DNA from: Trichoplax sp. H2
Taxonomy: Eukaryota
Direction of reading: 5' to 3'
NCBI GenBank assembly: GCA_003344405.1
Contig: NOWV01000031.1
Location: 124,001 to 188,000 of the forward strand
DNA: 64,000 nt
The notes beneath the pieces are model-generated. The model was not told the origin of the DNA. It saw only the letters and a list, made by a program, of their open reading frames with translations, and ran no database searches. A program made the translations under genes and the position numbers. Shown here one piece after another: positions 25,840 through 37,600 of this stretch. The stretch's first letter is position 1; each line of letters begins with the position of its first letter.

Positions 25840-26454
25840 TGCAAAAGAACTTGATCGAGTGTGTGCTCCAGCCAAATCCTCCACCTTTCTCTCCCACAAG
25901 CCCGTCAGAATGGAACATGTCACGGCCAAGGGGTGCCAAATTGATCAAGTCGAAACGGATATTCATGCAATCATCGTAGAATCCTCTCTCAATTTGAACT
26001 CGTTTGAGACTGCTGCTTAAAATGAGTCAATCAACGTACGTAGAATGGTAGATTTGGATCGATATTTCTCTTCCTAGGCAATCAGTATCCACTTCGCCAA
26101 GAGAATTGCTGCAAGTCCATTAACGTTGCAAATCACTAAGCAATTTGACCAGCAGCCAGCAGCTATGGTTAAGGTTACATTATGTCCAGTGCTCTACTTT
26201 CTACAGCAGTGGTTACTATGGCGATAGAATCACCTTGGAAGAGAGGATACCGTAGTAGTAAACGCCATACCGCATCTCAAAAGGTTTAATTAGTCTTGGT
26301 GTAATGTACTAAACACTGACTGTGTTTTCGACTCCAATTTAGCAGGAAAGCGTATTACGATTGCGCATGCACTCTAGCGCGCATGATGGACCAGTGTCCA
26401 TTGTCCAGTGTCTGTCTACCAGGCATGGACGTCATTGGACGACTGGATTCCTGG

Positions 26455-26900
26455 AACATACTGTTCTCACATACTATACAGTACTGTACATACTGTTGTC
26501 CAATGTCTGCCCATGCTAGTAGGGTACTGCGTCACAGAACCAGAGAACTTGCTCATGTACTGTACAGTATACTGTACACTGTACAGTATGTCACATAGTG
26601 TACACGTGGAAAATCATGTGGATCACGATATGTACTGTACAGTGTACACTGTACAGTACCTTACAGTCAGACTCACTCTAAGAACTTTTATTAGTCTAGC
26701 GATTTCCTTCCCGTAATGTCATCCCTTTCGTTACTCTGTGTACTGTACTGTATAGTGTAGTGTACAGTACTGTACTGTACAGTATTTGCTTCGTAGGAGT
26801 ACTGTAGAGTTGCGTCATCGACCGAGACTACTGTACTGTACAGTACAGTACAGTAAATGAAACGAGCACAATTACGTTCTGTACAGTACAGTACAGTAAT
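26455..26900. promoter_or_regulatory. TACAGTAC/GTACTGTA motif cluster in the head-to-head interval between the fucosyltransferase and the WD40 gene
   Basis: Many tandem tactgtacagta-type palindromes, same motif as 1-305. Regulatory role inferred from position only. Confidence 0.45.
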
Positions 26901-26990
26901 CATTTGATAAATAATAATATAAAATATAATAATTTCAAAAAATCTATAATATTATACAAGTATCTATTAGATCTCACCCTTAGTAGAAAG

Positions 26991-29900
26991 ATGGAAGACG
27001 TAAATCTGAATCAAGAATAATACTTTCATTTATTTCGCATCGAATTATAGCCAGACTCAAAATATAAATGGCAGGTGTGGCATATTGAGAAGCAAGTGTG
27101 GCTACATTTTGTAAGAGTAACACGAAAAGCAGACAAACCTTCTCCATTTCTAAAATGCAATGAGATTGAATTCTCTCCGAATGATAATGATGTTATTATT
27201 TCATGGAATGGAAGAAGAGTGCAGGTATTTTATCGTAGTTCTTAGATCTTTGGGATATTGCTTATTACTGTTGGCGTCGCCATCTAAAGTGGATTGATTA
27301 CATCATAGCTCGTTTATTGCTCCAAAATAATTACTTTATAAAGCGTAAAATTGTGAAACCTTAAATATTGAATGAGCATCAATTAATAGAGTAGAGACAA
27401 TTGCCTTGATAAAGGTAAGAGACTGTTATTGTGATGTGGGTTATTAATAAAGATGTGTAAATTCTTTTAAATTAGGTTTGGAAGTTAGTTGATGAAATCT
27501 TCCATTCGGATAAAACTTGGATTGCTCATCATAATGACATCTTGCTCTGCCAGTTTGTCGAGGGCGGTCAAAAATTAATCACTTGGTGCTTGTTTAAGCA
27601 ACAGTATACCCCACTTAACGATCCTGGTCAGTTCATTCCAAAGGCATTAGGACTATCTTGGAATACTGAATTGAAGGTAACCTTAATTTCTCCGAACTTA
27701 CTATGTTGCCACAATTAAAACTGCATGCTAATTATATCACGAGGTAAAATATCAATAAGATTGAGATATCATTGATATATTTTATTTCTGTTCTATACTA
27801 AAGTAAAAGTTCGCTGACCGTATAAAAATAAGAAATAAATTTGTTGTAAAGCAATCAGTTGTAAATTAGCAAAGCATAAGTAGGTAAACATATTTTCATC
27901 GGTGAATTGGAGATTCATTCCAATCATCCATATTATAGTCAAATTTTAATATTCATGTTACTGTATGATTAAAATCGATTCTAGAAATTAATGTTAATTC
28001 TAGCTGTAATTACTTTCATCTCTGTAGTAATTATTCAATTTTAAAGCGAATACTAGTGGTAACTGCATATTGAAAAAAAGGAAACATGAGTATTATTCAT
28101 TATTCTTTCCCTCGAGACAGGTTTGGTCTACCGAAAACTATAGAGAATTACAGAAGATTAAGCTAAAATATACCTTGTTTAGGAATCAGTTTGTAGGATT
28201 ACCGACAGTTCTCTTCCAATTTGAATGCACTAAATACGTTAATAACGATTTATTACTCGTCGACTGTAGCAGTTCCGTCAGCGATCATAAATATTACACC
28301 CTACCATTACATGATTACAACGATAAAAATGGAATAGTCATAGAAAACTGTCGACCACCGTCAGAGTATCAATGCCAATATCTTGATAATATGGATAAAG
28401 TATCTATATTTGATAACGGTAAAGGCTTGGCAGGCTTATATTTGCAAGAAATTAAGGTCTGTTTTAGTAGATCGTCTGATTGACCCGTGTTTGTTGCCAT
28501 TTTCGGGTTTTGAGCCTTTATTGCGGAGATTGGTGTTGAAAGATTTCTTAATTGTTTTGCGCACCGTAGATTTATTTATATGAACGTAATGGAATGGTAC
28601 CCTACCAGACCATCGATTTAGGTGCCGATATTTTATGGCGAAGTTTTCAATTTGTTCCCGGTGCGGACAATAGATTTATTTTCGCCGATACGGAACGATG
28701 CTACTTAGTTGCTATTAAAGACGACAAGGATCCAAAGCAAAGTAACCATTCAATTCCTGCTGTATTTGGCGACGTACAGTGCCAACGTCTTGAATTTATT
28801 GATGGTGTTATTGTGTGCGCCAAAATTATATCAACGACTGATGGAGAGCGATTTCTACAGGTTGGTCCTTTTTAGTACCTGTATAATATTACTTGATTTC
28901 TAAAATTGTGCCTGGGTCTAGGAATAACTTGTTAGAGGAATGAATTTAATTACTACTGATATTTTAATTTTATCATATCGATTATAACAAGCTGTCTATG
29001 GATATAATCCTCAAATTTACCTAGATTCTTAATGATTTCAGATATAATATAGTTTCAATGATGAAGTAATGACTCTTGTATAACCTTAGGTTTATAAAGG
29101 AGACGATTTTCAATTGATAGATCAAACTATTTTGCGACATGGCCGAAGAGCTGATGTTGGCGTTAATTGCCACTTATTTAAAGATTGGAATTACGTAGCA
29201 ATCGTATATTTTATCGAACAACGCCAGGAATCACGACTCTATTTTTCAATTACGGTATTTTTTCGACGATATCTTGCAATAGGACTGAAGAGTATCCAGT
29301 TATTTTATCCATCATATTACATTTCTTAAATCATTCTATAGACTTAATTTTTACTTTTAAAGCATTGTAAAAAGTATTTTAGTGACGTTTATGAATGTGC
29401 TTTTGGCTATTTGCCATTTAAATTTTTTAAAGAATCAATGCATCTTTTAATTATACCAGATTGAATCAAGCAGTTAAATTCAATAATTTATGCTACTGCT
29501 GCATTCACTAAGTATCCCTTCATTTTTCTTTTGTACGATGGAAGTTGAAAGATTTAGATAACCTATCAGAAGATATGTGGACTGTTCATCACAAGTTGAA
29601 GTTAGATAAATTTCCCGAGATGCATTACTATAAATATCGGAAGAAGGATAATAGACTGATTATATATAGATCTCGCACAAACATAGTACGTCATTTTTGG
29701 TGTATGATATTAGAGTTCAAAACTATTACTGTTGTGCAATCGATATTTCAGCCAAAGCTTAAGCTGGATTTTGTATTGCCATCATAAAGCAGCCAGTTTG
29801 GTTGAAATATTTCCTAATCTTGTTATAGTACGCCCTGGTATGGATCTTAAACTGTAGTAATGGAGAAACATTGGCTACATTTTATATGAGATCCTGCGAT

Positions 29901-31090
29901 ACCATGAAAATTATGCACTTATTTAATCGCTATCTGATAGCAGCCTCGGCCGGTGGTCAAATTCATACGGTATGTCAAGTGGATTACTTTATTAAGCAAC
30001 TCTTAGAAACTGCTCTAATAAAGTTTAATTTCATAATCGTAGTTTAAGCCTATGCAAATGTTATAGCGCAACATGTGCATTATCGAATATCAAGATTAGC
30101 ATATTTGAAGTTGATTAACATATTAATTTATTGCCTTAGCTTTGTTTTCTACATGACGGTCTTTAGATAGTTAATTAGACTATTAAGTTGCTAAGCCGTT
30201 GGTACTCTACTTTACTATTCACAAGTTAAATTGATTTACCTAGCAATAATTAGAATCATTCCTTTTGACATTCACGGTATTAAGTAGGTCTGGAAATTAG
30301 ATTCTAATTCCATTGAAATACTGGAAAAAATCCAACCAGATTTAAATGATATCAGTCTCTTATCTGTGTCTCATGTTGATATTACTGATACTGGTCCTAA
30401 AGTTCAAACAATATCAGTTCCGAAGCATAATGAATACTTCGATGGATGGCATATAGAATTTGAAAAACCGGTAAGAAAGATCAATAACCAAACTAAGATC
30501 TTTATAGGAAGATGCCGCTATATTAATGTACGCAATAACTAATCTGACCCTCTCGTCAACTGAAATCGGTAAAAAATTAGATGACTAAGAATGGCGTAGA
30601 AATTTATCGGGTTGAAAATGATCAACGACAGCTAATTCAAAGCATGACAAATTTGAGCGGACAATCTTTATTTATCGTTCGAAATGGGAAGGATTTTACG
30701 GTAACTGATCTCATTACTTTGCTTTTCATGATATAATTATCTTATACTGATATATAATTTTAAGTTAACGAACTTCCTTGATACTTTTAGGCATATAATA
30801 GTAACAACAATCTTTTAATGAAAGTCTACCGTGGAAAATACTGCTACCCTAGCCAACCATTGGAATATGAAGTCCAGCTATGGTCCGATAATGATCATAC
30901 TCTAGCTACATATTATGACGAAACTATCCGACTTTATACCATCGAACATGAACATTGGTTTCATACCATCCAATCAAAAGAGTTAAAAGATCTGAAATTT
31001 ATACAAATTAGTAATGAATTCAGTCTATGGGCCTATAAAACCTTGTGCTCCTGCCCTTACTATATCAAGCCTGTTTTACCTTCATTGTAA
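26991..31090 (+). CDS. Second APAF-1-like WD40 cassette: 10 intact phase-0 exons paralogous to exons 9-18 of the 11806-19513 gene
   Basis: Exons at ~27051 (PDSKYKWQVWHIE), 27476 (VWKLVDE), 28121, 28570, 29090, 29545, 29829 (WILNCSNGETL), 30288, 30581 (GVEIYRVENDQR), 30791 (MKVYRGKYCYP) match the first gene one-to-one (LWQVWHID, IWKID, WLFDFCNGEIL, IEFYRIENDEK, QVMKGKYCFP). Candidate start ATG GAA GAC|gtaaat at 26991 is tentative. Confidence 0.75.
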
Positions 31091-31615
31091 GTTTATAGAT
31101 CGTACAAGCACGTTTTAATTGAAATATTATTAATGCATACCAAGGAATTTTATTTGATCATTCGAAACTAGATCACAAATATAATTGTGACTGTTTATGA
31201 GCTTCATTAAAGTCATTTGAATATTTACTCCTTTCTGTACCTTCTTGCATCGGTTAAAGTAAAGTATAATATTAGCAAATAATCTATTGTACTAACTGTA
31301 AATTTCAATTGAATCTTACCGAAAAAATTTAATTTATGTAAGCCACGTGTCCAATTTGTTTACTTTAGTTTGCTACTAGAGCTACTTTAAATATTTAATA
31401 ATAATAGCTTGCTTAAATTTTGCTGAATAAGCATTGTATATTTGTATACCAGTAGATAATTTATCATGTAGTCCTTAATTATTGCTTTATCGTCCGCCAT
31501 ATTCGCTTAACATAGCTTGATAATCGCATACAACAAACCTTTAGTGTACAATTTTGGCTATTATAATTAGGGAATTATTGATTTCGATTGTGATGATTCT
31601 TTTTGACTTGCTCAG

Positions 31616-34600
31616 TGATAACGTTGAAAATATACCAATCATAATCAAGCCTTCTTCCGATGAAATGTAACTATAAATTTATATTACTCCATTATTTTGT
31701 ATTTATCATATATTTAGGTGTAAGTATCTATTTGATCTTGTTTGTGTATCTTATACGTGAACGCTATTGTCAACTATTACTTCTATAATCGGCAATTAGA
31801 GCATTTAGACAACAAAAAGTTCGCTTCAATGAAGGAGATTTGATCAATCAAGGGTAATGGATGAAATCATATTATTTTTTCTATTGCCTGATAGAAACAT
31901 TCATGTACTTCAATTTAACGTAGTATAGCATAGCCGTAATTTATTCCTATGATATTATCTATGTCCGTTGCAGCAGCGAAAGCATTCCGAGTGCTTTCTT
32001 AGCTGTTTGAGGTTAATTGTGGTGTTGTAGAATTGTAGTTATCTCGATCGATCAAGATCTAAAAATTTAAAAGCTATTCCTATTTAATCTAACAATGTTG
32101 TTATACTAACGAAACCAAATAATTTTGATCATCTGCCACTTAGATCCCCTTCAGTGCAGAATACTGAAGAAGAAAGTCAAGTTATTAGTGAAACCATAAC
32201 GTCGCAAATGTAATGCATCAATAATATTTAGCGATATCATTTGCTGCTCGGTGATTCATGAATTTTATTTAGTTAATTTCAATCAAAGAATAACGGTAGC
32301 GTTCTCTATGCATTTCTAATTATATTCATGAATGCGGTTAGTTGATAGATGATAATATAGCTATTGCTTAATTTAAGCCATGTTGCTTTGATATTTCTAC
32401 TGGAACCTATGACTAAACATCTACTCAATTTATGTTAAACTTAAAGGTTGTAATTATGCCATATCCGTTCATGGAAATTGTCAATGCAAATTATTTTTAA
32501 TACTTATAGCTATTCCGATGAAATCACAACTGAAGCAGATGTTCATACTAGCTGCCAACTGTAAGTAATTCCTTGCTTAATAAGACGAAATTTGTAATCT
32601 ACTGCACAGTTCCTTAAATGGTGTCGCACTTGATTTTTATTTTAGAAATTCTGGCAATACTATGATAAAAGCAAATTCCCCTCCGATTCATGGGTAAATT
32701 TGATAATCTTTATTAGCTATTAGTACTCTATATCATTGAAGATGTGTATTATAGCTGAACTGCAAGTGCTCACTTTTCATTTTTTATTCCTACAATTTAG
32801 TGAAGAAAATGCTCAGAGTATATCTAAAAATACGTTTCAAAGGTTAGTTAAGGTTAAGATAAGGCACAGATACGAAAACTTTATATAATATGCGGTACTT
32901 CTTGTATGTTAATAGTCAAGAAACTGCTCAAGACAATCAAGAAGATGTACCACATCAACGGTAAGTTATATTAATTTAAAATCGATATTCGAAATAATTT
33001 TTTATTTCTCTGATACATTAAATTTAAAGTAACACAAATTCAATCTGGTTTATCCTAGCCCTTTGCTTAGTGGGGATAATTTGAAAACGTTTGCTCTAGA
33101 AAAAACATCTGAACTGTTCGTCCCTATTTTTCAATTTGAAATTAATTATTCAATGCCAGTCTATTGGCAGAAGTAAGTTAATTAACCGATTGTTTAATAT
33201 TGTATAGATCTAATTCCAAGCCTGAAAATGCTTTAGACATTGAAAAAAAGACAGTAAAGACCCCGTAAGTACAATGCATCGATTAGAAGTGCTGCAAATA
33301 TCAAATTGTTAAGCAGTCGAGCTAACTTACGTTTCTTAATTGCCTATTTCTATAATAAAATTTAGGTTTAATTTTAAGCCGAAAAAGGCAGCAGAAATTG
33401 ATTGGACAACAACAATGAAGCAACAGTGAGTATTTGGCATGTAGAACTAGTCTTAAATTATAATTTACCTTCAAGTGATGTTGCGATTGATTATTGATTT
33501 CTTCAATGTCATCCAGATTTAATTCTAAGCCAGAGAATGAACTGGAAATTGAAGAAAAGAAAATGGAACAATTGTGAGTATTCTGTATTTACGAGAAATT
33601 GAAGATAATCTTATATCATGCTGCAAGTAATGTAGTAATAATATGGTTATATCATATTTATACCCTCCATAATATTTAGATTTAATTCCAAGCTTAGAAA
33701 TGAGCCAAAAGAGGATTGGCTGTCAAATAAACCACTGTAAGCATATTGCATAAATTTGAAATTTAAGATAGGCTCTGATTTTAATCGATGTTGAAATATT
33801 CTAAGTATTTCAAACTTAAATGCGTATTTCTTTAAGATCGCCCAAGTTAAATTCCAAGCCTAGGATTGAACAAGATAGCTACTGGACGATGAAAAATCTA
33901 CAGTATGTCACTGTAATTTTTAAGAGTTTCTCAATTTGTAGTGGCTGTTTAAGTAATGTGCCTACTTACGGGTGATTTCTTGAATACTACCTAGATTAAA
34001 ATTCGACCATGATAATATCCCAGATATAGAAAAGAAGCTATCTAAAAAATCGTGAATGCAATCTATAGATCAGAAATTAAAAATGTACTCAGATTGAAAT
34101 TCTTTGACATTAATGCAGCTATTTATTGCTTATTTCTTCGATATTGTCAGATTAAATTCTAAGCCTGAACATGTACCAGACATTGAATGGCAGGAAATGA
34201 AAAAACAGTATTTAAATTAATTAGACATTTAAGATGTTCTTACAATTAATTTCTAAATGAAATGGTCGTTTATTACTTATTTCTTTCACGATTATTTATT
34301 TGCCTGTTGCCGGAATATCTCCCAGACAAAAGTCTAAGGAAGAAAATACACCTGAAATTGAATGGAAAACACTTAAGCAACAGTGAGTATATTCGGTTCA
34401 TTATGAATGCACGATATTACCTGGCTGAAAGCATTATCGAAATTAAGTTTTTTCTTTAGGCAGTAGCGATCATATTAGATGAATTGATTTGTAAGGGTTA
34501 TTTAATACGTTTTTTCTTCCTTTAACCATTTAGTGAAGAAAGTGTTCGTAAATTTGATAAGAATACTACACTTCGACGGTATGAATATTTTTCTACATCC

Positions 34601-37600
34601 TGTAAAATTAGTTTAATAAATCAGCATTCATTTTACTAAATACGTGTGCTCAAATACCGTTAAAGTTCTAGCCAGCAGAGCTACAAACTAGCAGAAGAAG
34701 TATTACCCACTTTATTGTAAATATGCGTCCTAATAATCTTGAAACTGCATTGAGAACGTAAAAGTAGTTTAAGTTAATTGTTGCTTCATTACTATTTAAG
34801 CAATACCATGGAAAGTGTAGACCCTGTGGAAAAGTTACCAGTCTTTCAGCTGTAATTTATACGATTTTTTATTTAAACACCTCTAAAACCTGTTACCAGC
34901 GTGAATATTGTTTTCAATTTTTTAACAACTCTTTCCGGAAATTTTAGTATTGATAGTATTGAAATTCTGGATGAAAATTTACCAATTCCACTGTAATCGA
35001 ATTATTTCCTAATTAACTATTTAATATCTTATCTTAGCGTAACTAGTATTTTGAAGGAAATTTTTCTTAAATTCTAGTAAGGAAAATATGGAAATTCAAG
35101 ACGAAAATTTGCCAATTCCGCTGTATTGAAGTTTTGCAAATTTATCGTCCTCCGTTACAAAATTTTGCTATTTATTGACATTTACGTATTTTTATTTAGA
35201 AATGAGGGGAATGAAATGTCTGTTATGAAATTGCTTGATCTGCTGTAAGTTTTGCATACTGATATATAGGATTGTTAGAAAATACTTTCGGTAGATATGA
35301 ACTTGGGTGATCAAACTCTGTACTTAAAATCAATTTAAATAAAAATATACTTCAGTTTTACAATTTACTAGACTTAATACGTGAAATTATACGTATTTTT
35401 TATATAGAGACGAGGAAGGAGAAATTCCGGTAGATGTTTTACCTCTTCAGACGTGAGTTTTATAGCTAAAATGATTTAAATTAAAACAAATTTTAATTTT
35501 TTAGTTAACTCTAGCATATTCTTAATTAGCGATGAGGGAAAGGAAACTTTGGCGGAGAATTTACCTATTCTGACGTAAGTTTTTAGACTTAAAAATGAAT
35601 TAAATTATTACATATTTAATTTTCGCAATTATGAAATTTCATGTAAGCTTTTGAATATTTTTATTTAGCGATGAAAGAAAGGAAACTTCAGTAGAGGAAT
35701 TAGCCGTTTTAATGTTTGTTTTATAGTTAAAACAATTTTAGCTAATCTAATTTGAATTTTATAATTTATTAAAATTTTATAAATAAATTTTTAAATATTT
35801 TACATAGAGAAGAGGAAAAGGAAGCTCCAGTAGAGAAATTTCCTGTTTTGGGGTGAGTTTTATAGTTAAAAAAGACTTAGGTAGGACCACCTTTAATTTT
35901 TAAAATTTGCTAAAGTTTATACGTATATTTTTATATCTTTCTATCTAGGAGCGAGGAAAAGGAGTGTCCAGAGGAAAAATTACTAGATATGACGTAAATC
36001 TTATAATTAAAATATTTAAATAAGAACATGTTTAGATTTTATAACGTATTAAATTTTATCATTAAACTATTGTACATATTTTAATCTAGCTATAAGGGAA
36101 AAGAAACTCCAAAAGAGAAATCACCTGTTTTGACGTGAATTTTATAGTCAAAATGATTTCAATTTAAACGTATTTAAGCCTTGCAATTTACTAAATATAC
36201 ACGTAAACTTGTACATATTTTTATCTACGAGTGAGGGAAATGAAACTCCAGCTGAGAAATTACCGGTTCCGACGTGAGTTAATTTATTAAAATATGTAGG
36301 ATTTAAAGACACTGATGGCGCTAAGTTTGACTTAAGAAGTAAATTTTTTTAATTTTACCTTTCAGAAAGGAAAGCTTGGAACAACCAGATGAAAACCTAG
36401 CCAAACAGGCGTAATCCTTAATTACTGCTATCTTGAAATTAATTTTAGTTATCAAGGATATTAACATCCATAACTTCTAATTAATTTTCTGTTTTTAATG
36501 CTTTTAAACCATAATTTAGCCATACTTTTGAAGAAAATACACAAGATGGCCGCATCAATAATGAAAATACACAAGACAATATCGTTATTAATAACGACAA
36601 TATGCAACATTGCCACATTAATAATAAAGATATACAAGATAGCCATCCTTATAAAGAAAATACTCAAGTATTGAACAGGGACGTCGCCATTCAACGGTTA
36701 CTTACATAACAACTAGCAGCTTTTTGTTTTCGGCCATTGATTATGAGTGCTTATTGGCCTAATTCTATGTTTATAAATATCTTATTTATTTTCTATGTAG
36801 CAGCGAAGAGCTTCCGAAATCAAAAAAAGACAAATTAGTTATTATTCGGTAATTGAAATCATTTAACTAAAATTATAGGATCGATGAAACGGTTTGGAAA
36901 TAAAGATATTTCTTACCTTTTGGACAGTGCTACTTTCGTATAACTTTTAGCAAAGAAGATTATCAAACTTTGAAAATTAATGCTCTAGATTACTCGTAAT
37001 ACCTGCTTACGTTAACATAGAATATTTGCATTACTTTTGTTTAATACCTTTAAAATACTTTTATCTGTAATCAAACCATAATATTACCACCGTCAGAAAT
37101 TCTAGTCATCCGTTTATAAGATCTATTATTATCTGCTCTTTAGAATCATACTGCGATATTTTGCTTTAATATGCATTCTTGCAACTGTACAGATTTGAAT
37201 ATTTAATGCTGACATATTCATTTCTTAAAAGTCGTAATTGTTCACAACTTTTGCTGCAGGAAAAATGGAGGGTGTGATAAATTGATAGAAGATAGCTCAA
37301 ATATTCAAAAGTAAAATCGTCACAAAATTTTGTTGGTTTAACTCGTTAACAAATGCGACTAGATTTTGTTTTTAATTTCAGTAATTGTGTGGAACTTGAA
37401 ACACTGAATGATAGTTCGGAACCTCAAAAGTAATTTGATATACGTTATCAATTTAATTGCTTTAAAGTGCGCAATTTAACTTACACATATGTTAAATACC
37501 GTAGTGAAAGAAATTTGAACATTATTGACAAATCTGAACCCGTTATTGGGTAACTTGAACATATTTGGTATCCTTCATCCATTAACAGCTTTCAGAAATG

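Noticed and set aside
25840..25929. N-terminal extension of the fucosyltransferase in the ORF track
   Set aside because: Begins at a non-ATG codon. The ATG at 25839 gives a normal short cytoplasmic tail before the TM segment.
26383..26903. Overlapping ORFs rich in YCT/VQY
   Set aside because: Products of the same simple motif.
33200..36410. Regularly spaced repeat and variable units resembling a CRISPR-like array
   Set aside because: Units are bounded by AG and GT splice signals, keep a reading phase, and the repeats are degenerate. The context is eukaryotic and no cas genes are present.
36461..36694. Hydrophobic minus-strand ORF
   Set aside because: Antisense of the 177-nt array exon.
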